64,000 nt of DNA. It comes from the human T2T-CHM13v2.0 reference genome, Homo sapiens. Shown here piece by piece: positions 15,790-27,753 of this stretch. The notes beneath the pieces were generated by a model, which saw only the letters and a program-made list of their open reading frames with translations, was not told where the DNA came from and made no database searches. Each line of letters starts with the position of its first letter. The first letter of the stretch is position 1. Where the stretch lies: the NCBI RefSeq assembly GCF_009914755.1, contig NC_060925.1; one strand, given 5' to 3'. The position numbers and the translations under genes are program-made.

Positions 15790-16768
15790 ATAATGCAGTT
15801 TTAGTGGGGTAAAGCTTCCAAAGTGACAGATTTATATAATACGTAGACTACATGACATATTGGAGGATGTAGTTTGACATGCAGACAACAGAATCTATGA
15901 CACTAGGATTTTATGAGTATGTTTAAGGCCAGTTGCAACACTTACAGTTCTGCTCCAACCTTGGGCATACTTGAGGTGAAAGGTATTGCCTTCCACACAC
16001 CAGTAGAACTTGTTATTATCTTCAGGATTACTATAAATGCCATCTGCTTTACCACTACAGAAAGCTCTGTCTCCCCTATTGCCCCCATCACTGCCGCCTT
16101 CTCCATCACTTCCCCCATCACTGCCACCTTCTCTACCACGGCCACTGCCTCTGCCAATATTAGCACAGAAGCCTTCACTTCTGGGTGTCACAGGTCGGTT
16201 ATACCAGCTGTTGACAGCTGGTGGAATACATTCTAAAAGAATAAAAACATTTCAAAGCATCATCTTAACCTCTTTTAAACATAGAAACAAGCAGCTCTGG
16301 ACATTCCCCTATATCAGTTCTGTTCTCAGAGAACTGGAGGGAAGCTGTTAGCTGGGAAGAATGCTGCACGGGGACAGATGTCCAAAGCAGGGAGGAGTGA
16401 AACAAAGGCCTCTGGGGTCCTAGCAGGATGTCAAGCCTGGGCTTCCATTCTACTTCCACTAGAGGGGAAACAAATCCAACCCTACAGTGATAGGAAAGGA
16501 CTTTATGTTGAGATTCATTAATATTTGGGTTTCGATAAGGGAGGCTTATCTGTCAGTATTTCTGTCATATGTAATATATTTGGGTTTTTGTTATCTTGTT
16601 ATGCTTTGTCTTTTGTGCTCTATGTTTCCTTGCTTCGTTTCAGCACTGTTTTTCCCTTCTTTCCTCTTCCACGGTGATTCAGAAGTTTTATATTTAATTT
16701 TCCTCTACCAGTAGAATGCTCTCAACCACTAAAATTTTCTGGCTCATTGTTTAATTTGAGCAAATAAT

Positions 16769-17070
<302 letters not shown>

Positions 17071-17437
17071 AAGCAAATCATTTTATAATCTCTCATAGGT
17101 TTTTACAGTTCTAAAAATCAACAATTATATTAATTTCCTTAGAGACCTAAGGAACCTCTCAGATAGCATCTTCCACTTCTCTATCTCCACTTTGAGACCT
17201 GCCTCAAGGGATGCTTAATCCAAGGAATGCACAAAGCCCACGAAGGGCAGGAGTTTCTTGCTTCATATGTTGAGACCCATCAGCCACCTGAGTGTTTGTC
17301 CCTGATCCTTTTTATGATGTCCCTCTAGCCATCCTCACCAAGACCCAGACAACAAAATGTATGCATCTAAATTAGGAAATGGTGCACTGCCATGAATGAG
17401 AGAATTGATCTAGCTCAGAGATAAATGCCAGTATATA

Positions 17438-19859
17438 CAGGCATACCTCAAAGATGTTGCAGGCTCAGTTCCAGGCCACCACAATAAAGCAAATGTTGGA
17501 ATAAAATGAGTCACACAAGTTTTTTGGTTTCCTGGTGCATATAAAAGTTATGTTTACACTCTACTGTAGTCTATTAAGTGTGAAATAGCATTATGTCTCA
17601 AACAGTGTACATACCTTAATTTTAAAATATTTTATTGCTAAAAAATGTTAAGAACTATCTACACCTTCAGTGAGCCATAATCTTTTTGCTGGTGGAGCAT
17701 CTTGCCTCAGTGTTGATGGCTGCTGACTGATGGTGGTTGCTAAAGGTTGGGGTGGCTGTACCAGTTTCTTAAGATAACAATAAAGTCTGCTACATCAAAT
17801 TGAAATTGACTTCCTTTCATGAAAGATTTCTGTGTAGTATGCAATGCTACTTGAAAACATTTCACCCACAGTAGAACTTCTCTCAAAATTGGAGTCAGTT
17901 CTCTCAAAATTGGAGTCAGTTCTCTCAAACTCTGCTGCTACTTTATCAACTAAGTTTATATAATATTCTAAATCCTTGGTGGTCATTTCAACAATGTTCA
18001 CAGCATTTTCACCAAGAGTAGATTTTATCTCAAGAAACTACTTTCTTTGCTCATCCATAAGAAGCAACCCATCATTTGTTCACGTTTTATCATGAGATTG
18101 CAGCAATTCAGTCCCATCTTCAGGCTCCACTTCTAATTCTAGTTCTCTTGCTATTTCCACCACATCTGCAGTGACTTCCTCCACAAAAGTCTTGAACACA
18201 TCAAAGTCATCCTTGAGGGTTGGAATCAACTTCTTCCAAACTTCTGTTAATGTTGATATTTTGACATCTTCCTTTGAATCACACAGGTAGTTGATAGTAT
18301 CTTAGAATGGTGAATCCTCTCCAGAAGGTTTTCCATTTACTTTTCCCAGATTAATCAGAGGAATCACTCTGTACAGCAGCTATAGCCTTATAAAATGTAT
18401 TTCCTTAAATGATAAGACTTGGAAGTCAAAATTACTATTGATCCATTTGCTGCAGAATAGATGTTGTGTTAGCAGGCATGAAAACAACAATAATTTCTTT
18501 GTACATCTCCATCCAGGCCCTTTGGTAACTAGATGCATTGTCAATGGCCAGTAATATTTTAAAAGAAATTTTTTCTGAGCAATAGGTCTCAATGGTGGTC
18601 TAAAAATATTCAGGAAGCCATACTGTAAACAGATGTGCTATCATCCAGGCCTTATTGTTCCATTTATACACCACAGGCAGAGTAGTTTGAACATAATTAT
18701 TAATGGACCTAGGATTTTCAGAATGGTTAATGAGCATTGGCTTCAACTTAAAGTCACCAGCTGCATTAGCCCCTAAGAAGAGAGTCAACCTGTCCTTTGA
18801 AGCTTTGAAGCCAGGCATTGACTTCTCCTCTCTAGTTACAAAAGTCCTAGATGAGCATCTTCTTCCAATAGAAGGATGTCTTGTCACCTTAGCTACATAA
18901 ATAACTAAATCTGTTATTTAGTGTAGCCTCCTTTACCAATGATCTTAACTTCATCACCTGGATAACTTGTTGCAGCTTCTATGTCAACACTCGCTGCTTC
19001 ACCTTACTCTTTCATGTTGTAGAGGTGGCTTCTTTCTTTAAACCTCATGAACCAACCTCTGCTAGCTTCACACTTTTTTTCTTTAGCTTCATCACTCCTC
19101 CCAGTCTTCATAGAATTGAAGAGTTAGGGCCTGGCTCTGGATTAGGCTTTGGCTTAAGGGAAAGTTATCGCTGGTTTGATCTTCTATCTAGACCACTAAA
19201 ACTTCCTTCATATGGCAATAAGACTGTTTTACTTTTTTATCAATCATGTGTTCACTAGAGTAGCACTTTTAATTTCTTTCAAGAACTTTTTCCTCCGCAT
19301 TCACAACACGGCTAACTGGCACAAATGGCCTAGCTTTTGGCCTATCTTGGCTTTCAACATGTCTTCCTCACTAAGCTTAGCTTTTGATTTAAAGTGAGAG
19401 ATATGCAACTTTTCCTGTCACTTGAACACTTAGGATATTATAGGGTTATTAATTGGCCTAATTTCAATTTTGTTCTGTCTTAGAGAATAGGGAGGCTCCA
19501 GGAGAGGAAGAGAGATAGGGAAACGGCCGGTGAAGCAGTCAGAACACATACATTTATTGATTAAGTTCATTGTCTTACATGAGTGCTATTACTTGTGCCC
19601 CAAAACAATTAGAATGACAACATTCAAGATCACTAATCATAGATCACCATAGTAGAAATAATAGTAGTGAAAACATTTGAAATATTGTGAGAATTACCAA
19701 AATGTGACATAGAGACACAAAATGAGCACATGCTGTTGGAAAAACAGCACTGATTGATAGAATTTCTTATCACAGGGTTGCTGCAAACCTTCAATCTGTG
19801 AAAAACACAATATCTGCAAAGCACAATAAAGTGAAGTGCAATAAAACAAGACATGTCTG
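17438..19859 (-). mobile_element. Full-length Tigger1 DNA transposon (~2.4 kb) with decayed transposase
   Basis: TA|CAGGCATACCTC...CATGTCTG|TA termini; transposase remnants RTFVTREEKSMPGFKASKDRLTLFLGANAAGDFKLKP and [18 protein letters not shown]. Confidence 0.95.
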
Positions 19860-22403
19860 TATATCAAGCTGGTTTTCAGGATACCCAGTTCCTGGCCTAA
19901 ATTTTTCTGAGCAACAAGGCCTAGGTCTAGGGTATCTAGTGCATTCAAATTCTAGCTATCAAACTTAGCGCTGGTCCCATGACTAAAAAGCAGATTTCTA
20001 AAAGGGCACTTTCTGTAAGTGTGTCCCTTTTCTCAGCTGTGAGGGCCTAGAAGTTCCCTGGCTGTCTCCGTGCACCCTGGCCTCTCTTGTCTTTGCTGTT
20101 CTTTGCAGCCTCACCTGCATCTTCTTCAGAACAGCATGTTGGACTTAGTCATGATGCACCTGAGGACAGAACCAGGTGTGACTTCAGCTTGCTTATGAGC
20201 AGGTATTTCCTCTCATTGCAGAAGGACCTTGAGAAGTCATCCAAATCAATGGTCCAAACCATGGACCAAGCAAAATTGTTCTCCTTGAGAAAGTCCACCT
20301 GTGGACAAAAAGTGTACTTGGACCAGAATCAGATGGCATCCATTCAACAAGCAGACAACTGAGTATGGGCTGACAGGTGACAATAGGGAGATAAATGCTC
20401 TTCTTCTATAAAAGGGTATGTGCTTTGTGGATTCAAGACATAATTGATGGACTCAGCTCTATTCTTGTTTTCTTGTCCTATTTAATAAACTCTTGGGTAG
20501 TAAATATAAATAAAGTTATTATTTATTTAATTCTAGTATTAAATAGCATTAGGTTAAGCTATATTTTTACATTAATTACTCAATCTTCACAATACTTCAC
20601 AACTACCATATAGATTCTGTTATTATTCTTTCATAAATTTGTTGGAACTCACCCAGTCTCAGACTGAAGATTTAGAACAAGGTATAACTGATTCCAAAGC
20701 CTAAACTCTTAACCACTGCACTATAAGGCCCCTTCCTTCCTCCTTGTCAGCCACCTTTCTCCTGACCCGGATTCTGTAATGAACAAACAGAGTGGCATAG
20801 TAGAAAGAACCTAGACTGTGAGCCAGACCACATATTCGATTACTGCTTTTCTTTTCCAGCTATGTGACCTTGGACTAGTCTATGAGCATATATGATCCTC
20901 AGCTTATATACCTGTAAAATGGAGAGGGTGTTTTTTACTACACTGGATTGTGTATAATCAAGTAAGATAATGGTTGTAAATTCTTGGTTTCTAAGAGTAA
21001 AGCATTTAGGTAAAAATATAAAGGGCTATTTTTATTATTGTCATTAAAGGTGATGGTCTTCGACAAATCTTGTAATGATATAATCTTAAAATCATCACAT
21101 ATACTAGTAGAGATTCACAGTGGACAAACATTGGGAAACTTTAATCATATTAGAAAATTCTAGTATATTTTGGTATATTGTGCTATATGTTACACATTGT
21201 ATTATTGAATATTATATTTAATTATATAATTTTCTCTGTCTTGGAGAAAAAGTAAGTAATAATAAGGTTGGTCTACCCTTTCTCTAGTCATATTTAAAAT
21301 CTTGAAATCACATGTCTTAGGAAAATGGTCTTCTGATGAATGTAGGATTTGAAGCCAGAATTGTTATTTTTTAGTGATGCTCGTATTTTGTACCCATTGC
21401 TTTCAATGGTATCATAACCAATCCACTCAGTGTTTTGTAAGCATATGGGACTTTTTGATCTTCAATCCATGTACTTGTGGCTTCTCTTAAGAATGTGCAG
21501 ATCTATGGGAGAATGGAGAAGGGAATGTTGAGTACTTCACAGATCTATGCCGTGTATTGGAGGAGAAAGGACTTAAACAGGAGAAAAAAATAGGAAGAAA
21601 TGGGAGGGTGTGGAAAAGAGGACATTATGAAATCTACATTAAGCTCACATATCTTTCCAGAAAGTGATTTTGTCTCATAAAATGAAGACATAAATTTCCA
21701 TGAAACCAGGCTACAAACAAGTATAATTCTAATTCTATACCCAGTTTATTTGGGAAATGGTAAGCATGGCTACGTGTGCTGTGGTCAAGTTTGCTCTTGA
21801 GTTTTTAGCAAACACTGCTTATCATTCATCCATCGGTCTCAGAATTTTCAGGACAGAATTCAAGTAAACACAATTAATTCTACTTGTAAGAATGAATTAT
21901 TTATTATACCTGGGCTAGCCTATTAAAATCCTTCTGTGGTTGTTTACATGGGTATAGTAGAATCTGGTATTACTTGGAGGCTGTGAGAAGAATGATGGTG
22001 TGCTTCAAAGCCCAAAGAGGAAATTCACATTTTTTTTTCCCAAGTGAAACTGTTCCACAGCCATTGAGCTGCTTATACTCAGAACAATGAGAAGCCAGGG
22101 TATAGGAACTCAAGAGAAGAATGACAGGGTGAATTGAAGAGTGAAGGAATTTTCCCCAGCGCATCTGAAGTCTGAATTAGCCATGTCAGTTACCTCACAG
22201 TTAAGTCCCGAATCCAGCCTAGCATGCAGAAGGACCAGATGAGATGACCCTGCTCTACCTGAGGTGTCAGAGCTTCTGAGCCAGAAGGTCCTCCCATAGG
22301 TGGGGAGCCCTGTGATGAGCTCCTCTGTTAGGATCCCATTGTCTCTCCAGTACATCATGGCATAGTCCTGAAGAAGGCAACATTATTTCATCACCAGTGT
22401 TTG

Positions 22404-23368
22404 CGAAGGGGTGGCCTGCCCCTCCACACCTGTGGGTGTTTCCCATTGGGTGGGATGAGAGACTGAGAAAAGAGAGAGACACAAAGACAAAGCATAGAGA
22501 AAGAAAAGTGGGCCCAGGGGACCAGCGCTCAGCATACGGAGGACCCACTCCGGCACCGGTCTCTGAGTTCCCTCAGTATTTATTGATCATTATCTATACC
22601 ATCTCAGAGAGGGGGATGTGGCAGGACAATAGGATAATAGTGGGGAGAGGGTCAACAGGAAAACATTTGAACAAATGTCTCTGTATCATAAACAAGGTAA
22701 AGAAAAAGGTGCTGTGCTTTGATGTGCACATACATAAACATCTCAATGCATTAAAGAGCAGTATTGCCACGAGCATGTCTCACCTCCAGCCCTAAGGCAG
22801 TTTTCTCCTATCTCAGTAGATGGAATATACAATCGGGTTTTACACCGAGACATTCCATTGCCCAGGGACGAGCTGGAGACAGATGCCTTCCTCTTATCTC
22901 AACTGCAAAGAGGCCTTCCTCTTTTACTAATCCTCCTCAGCACAGACCCTTTACGGGTGTCAGGCTGGGGGACGGTCAGGTCTTTCCCTTCCCACGAGGC
23001 CATATTTCAGACTATCACATGAGGAGAAACCTTGGACAATTCCTGGCTTTCCTAGGCAGAGGTCCCTGTGGCATTCTGCAGTGTTTTGTGTCCCTGGGTG
23101 CTTGAGATTAGGGAGTGGTAATGACTTTTAACAAGCATGCTGCCTTCAAGCATTTGTTTAACAAAGCACATCCTGCATAGCCCTAAATCCATTAAAACTT
23201 GAGTCCACACAGTACATGTTTCTGCGAGCACAGGGTTGGGGGTAGGGTTACAGATTAACAGCATCTCAAGGCAGAAGAATTTTTCTTAGTACAGAACAAA
23301 ATGGAGTCTCTTATGTCTACTTCTTTCTACGTAGACACAGTTACAGTCTGATCTCTCTTTTCCCCACA
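22404..23368 (-). mobile_element. HERV-K (HML-2) solo LTR, LTR5B-like
   Basis: The - strand begins TGTGGGGAAAAGAGAGATCAGA and ends GGGGCAGGCCACCCCTTCG; 965 bp; flanked by a GTTTG direct repeat. Confidence 0.92.
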
Positions 23369-23669
23369 GTTTGTTGTATTTGATGAACAAAGTCTAGCAA
23401 TTGTTCCCCAAAGAGAAAGCCTTAATATACAACCAAGATTCTCCCCAATCCCTTCCCCATCTCCCCTCTGCATATGATTTGAGGTTTTTCTTTCTTACAC
23501 AGTTGAAATAATGCATTTCACCCTGATCCTTGGATTCTATGTGTAGGGGACTATTGTGTACTGTAGATGTGTCCCAGCCACCTTGGAAGTCATAAGTCAT
23601 CACACTGATGAAATCAAGGAGCCTGGAACAAAGGATTTTAAGCCAACAGGATTCTGGAGGAATTTTCTT

Positions 23670-23981
23670 TTTCTTTTTCTTTTTTTTTTTTTTTTTTTGA
23701 GATGGAGTTTCACTTTTGTTGTCCAGGCTGGAGTACAATGGCACGATCTCGCTCACTGCAACCTCTGCCCTCCTGGGTTCAAGTGATTCTCCTGCCTCAG
23801 CCTCCTGAGTAGCTAGGATTACAGGCACCCACCATCATGCCCAGTTAGTTTTTGTATTTTTAGTAGAGACAGAGTTTCACCATGTTGGTCAGGCTGGTCT
23901 GGAACTCCTGACCTTAAGCAATCCACCCACCTGGAACTCCCAAAGTGCTGGGATTACAGGTGTGAGCCACCACGCCCGGCC
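23670..23981 (-). mobile_element. Alu (AluS-type)
   Basis: Antisense Alu with T-tail; degenerate TSD tgg(a/g)gg(a/c)attttctt. Confidence 0.95.
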
Positions 23982-23996
23982 TGGGGGCATTTTCTT

Positions 23997-25595
23997 TTCT
24001 TTTTCTTTTTTTTTAAGTATATCTTTTTTTAGTTATTATTATACTTTAAGTTCTAGGGTACTTGGGCACAACATTACATAGGCATACATGTCGGTATATG
24101 AAGGGGTGGCCTGCCCCTCCACATCTGTGGGTATTTCTCATCAGGTGGGACAAGAGACTGAGAAAAGAAATAAGACACAGAGACAAAGTATAGAGAAAGA
24201 ACAGTGGGCCCAGACACCAGCCCTCAGCATACGGAGGACCTGCACCAGCACCGGTCTCTGAGTTCCCTCAGTATTTATTAATTATTATTTTCACTATCTC
24301 AGCAAGGGGAATGTGGCAGGAGAACAGGGTGATAGTGGGGAGAAGGTCAGCAAGAAAACATGTGAGCAAAGGAATCTGTGTCACAAATAAGTTCAAAGAA
24401 GGTACTATGCCTGGACGTGCACGCAGGCCAGATTTATGCTTCTCTCCACCCAAACATCTCAGTGTAGCAAAGAGTAACAGAGCAGCACTTCCGCCAGCAT
24501 ATCTCGCCTCCAGCCACAGGGTGGTTTTCTCCTATATCAGAATAGAACGAATTCATATGATCGGGCTTTACAGAGATATTCCTTTCCCAGGGGCATGCAG
24601 GAGATGGAGGCCTTCCTATCTCAACCGCAAGAGGCCTTCCTCTTTCACCAAACCTCCTCAGCACAGATTATGGGTGCTGGGTTGGACGGTCAAGTCTTTC
24701 ACTTCCCATGAGGCCATATCTCGGGCTGTCTCAGTGGGGGGAAACCTTGGACAATACCCAGGCTTTCTTGGGCAGAGATGCCTGCGGCTTTCCACAGTGC
24801 ATTGTGTCCCTGGTTAATCGAGAATGGAGAATGGCAATGACTTTTACCAAGCGTACTGCCTGTAAACATAATGTTAACAAGGCACATCCTGCACAGCCCT
24901 AGATCCCTTAAACCTTGATTCCATACAGCACATGTTTCTGTGAGCACAGGGTTGGGGCTAAAGTTATAGATTAACAGCATCTCAGGGCAAAACAATTGTT
25001 CAAAATACAGATCAAAGTGGAGTTTCTTATGTCTTCCTTTTCTACATAGACACAGTAACAGTCTGACTCCATGTAGGGTGTTTGCCTAGGTACACTTAGA
25101 GTTAGGTATTTCTCCTAACGCTATCCCTCCCCCAGTCTCCCATCCCCAACAGGTCCCGGTGTGTGATGTTACCCTCCCTGTGTCCATGTGTTCTCATTGT
25201 TCAACTCCCACTTATGAGTGAGAACATGCGGTGTTTGGTTTTCTGTCCTTGTGATATTTTGCTGAGAATGATGGCTTCCAGCTTCATCCATGTCCCTGCA
25301 AAAGACATGAACTCATCCTTTTTTATGGCTGCATAGTATTTAATGGTGTATATGTGCCACATTTTCTTTATCCAGTCTATTATTGATGGACATTTGGATT
25401 GGTTCCAAGTCTTTGATATTGTGAATAGTGCCGCAATAAACATACATGTGCATGTATCTTTATAGCAGCATGATTTATAATCCTTTGGGTATATACCCAG
25501 TAATGGGATTGCTGGGTCAAATGGTATTTCTAGTTCTAGATCCTTGAGGAATCGCCACACTGTCTTCCACAATGGTTGAACTAATTTACACTCCC
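23997..25595 (-). mobile_element. 5'-truncated L1PA (3' end) interrupted by an LTR5
   Basis: Antisense L1 3'UTR and ORF2 C-terminus ([25 protein letters not shown]); perfect 15-bp TSD tgggggcattttctt at 23982-23996 and 25596-25610. Confidence 0.93.
24099..25066 (-). mobile_element. HERV-K (HML-2) solo LTR, LTR5A-like, nested in the L1; lacks the 5'-terminal ~20 bp
   Basis: tgaaggggtggcctgcccctccaca...acacagtaacagtctga is homologous to the LTR at 22404-23368, but the terminal tctcttttccccaca is missing. Confidence 0.9.
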
Positions 25596-27253
25596 TGGGG
25601 GCATTTTCTTATAGAAAATTTAAGAGCAAAAAATGATAGCCATGGGAAACATATGTCAAGTAGATATCCATATGACCCCACCAGTGTGGCTTCCTATGGT
25701 GCTCCAGGGAACGATGTTATTTTCTGCAACCCCCATAGGGCTGGAGAGGAAGCCTTTTTTACTTCCTTGACAAAAACAGAAAAAACCCAAAGCAGAAAGC
25801 TAGGAAATGTGGTTGTTAGAGCTCATAACTGAGAAACACATGTCTCTGGGAGCATGGGAATCATAGTGAGTAACTCTCCTATTGCTTTGTCAATAATAGC
25901 TTTGGTGACTTTATATCATTTTTCAGGAGAAATTGATAATGAGGATTGCTATTATAAAGATTCTGCATGGCCTTAAATCTTAGTCTTCTTCTTCCCAAAG
26001 CCTACCACAATGACCATTTAAAGGAGCCACCATCTTATCCCAAAGCCACCAAGTCCTCAAGTCTGTTTGGCATTGGACACTAGTTTTTCCAACACTACAC
26101 TTACAGCACTGCTTGGGATGCTGTCCACCAAAAAGTTTAGAAATCTCTGCTCTGGGATTTGGGGACCCCTGAGAGACACACTGCACTCACTTCTTGATCT
26201 CTGAAATTTCATATCCTGCATCAATGGTCTCCTTGCCAGCAGATATAGCTGCTGTGATACGCAGCCTGGGGTGTCCTGTTCCTTTAGCCTCTTCTTCAAA
26301 AGCCTCCAGCATTTCCTACAGAGAGAGTGAGGGTGGATTTGAGTGGCTGTCTTTATTATCTATTTTCTACAGTAAGCACCTCTTAGGCTTCTTTCCAGCT
26401 CCTAGCAATTCCCCTTTTCTAGAAATAGTCCCCAATATACAGGTATGGGTCTTGATAAAGTATAACTTGGAACAAAGAGATACTACACATACTAGTTGTC
26501 CTAGGGTCCAAGTTACAGTTAATGGCAATTCCAAAGAAAAAAACTAGGACCTCCTGGCAGAGTTCACTCTTCCTTCTAAAGTGCTAAACTTTTTGGATTT
26601 GTCGATAGCCATGCTAAGCTCTTTCTGCCCCCAAGCTTTTGCTAATTAGCCACGGAAAGGTTTTTCCTGCCTCCAGGCTTTTGCTAATGCTGTTCCAACT
26701 TCCTTAGAACAATTTTCTCCCTATTCTTTTTGTGGCTGGTTGCTGTTAATTATTCATATCACAGCTTAAATGTCACTTCCTCAGAGAAGACTTCCCTGAC
26801 CATCCTATTTGCTTCCATCATAGCTCTTATCACAACTTATGATTATTTGATACTTTTTTGGAGTCTGTATCCTCTTTGCAAGCCCCACGAGAGCAAGGAT
26901 CATGTTTCTGTCATTAACTGCCCTAGCTACAGTGTGAAGCACAGTGCCTAGATGACAGTAGATGCTCAATAAACATTTACTGAATGAACGACTGAGATAA
27001 TGAACAGTTCCTCCTTCCCAGTCCAAGGATTTCTCCCTTGTGTTTCTTCAGATACCTATATCTTTCCAATAATTCCCTTTGGGCTTACACTAACCAAAGA
27101 GTCTGTTTCTATCGCTTGCAACTCCCAAACACCTTAACTCGTGTACTGCCTGAGGGCAACATCCTTTGCTATCCCCAGGAAATTCAGCCCTTACAGAAAA
27201 TCCATTAAGGTACAAGCTTCTCTACAAGACGACACAGAGCTGGTGCTCCATTC

Positions 27254-27753
27254 TGTTGGAAATAATGCTCAAAATCCTAAGGAAATTAAACACTCAAACA
27301 AAGGATTTTCAGCGAAGCAATTTTACTTCTGCGCAAAGAGGTGCTTCTGCTTGTGCAGTCGCCATGAGAGCACACCTGAACAAAGGGGCGCGAGGGCCTT
27401 TATTCCTGATGCAAGCACTGCCCCTGTGCCCTTTCCCCATTAGCCAAAGTCGAGCCACACAATCTAAACTACTCCTGGTTGGCTAAACATTTGAACTTTC
27501 TTTAGATAAGGTGGGCACCTCAGGGAGAGAGGGGAAAGGGACGGGGTGTCTGCAGTGAGCTAGAGAGCTAGTCTTCTTTCCAAATAAGGAAAGGAATGTG
27601 AGCTGGTACTGATAACACTTGGTACTGTGGCATGTCTGGGCATGTAACAAAGGCAGAAAGGAAGAAAGAGGAGAAAAGGGAAAGGGGGTACTATGAATTA
27701 AAGAATAAAGGATTGATCAGGCTGTTTGAAGAGAAACCTCATCATATCCCACA
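27254..27753 (-). mobile_element. ERV solo LTR (~500 bp; possibly LTR14/HERV-K-related, family uncertain)
   Basis: TG...CA termini (tgttggaaat...atatcccaca); 4-bp flanking repeat ATTC; AATAAA on the - strand near 27400; inserted 8 nt into the intron after chitinase exon 5. Confidence 0.75.

Noticed and set aside
15913-16351. Plus-strand Pro/Ser- and Thr/Ala-rich ORFs
   Set aside because: They are antisense readings of the chitinase Gly-rich linker.
23394-23828. 144-aa ORF fusing Alu, poly-Lys and chitinase sequence
   Set aside because: Chance read-through from an intronic Alu tail into pseudo-exon 7.
22404-25066. Two LTR5 copies as the ends of a HERV-K provirus
   Set aside because: They are different LTR5 subtypes. 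The sequence between them is a chitinase exon, an Alu and an L1 tail, with no PBS/gag/pol/env, and the first LTR has its own TSD.
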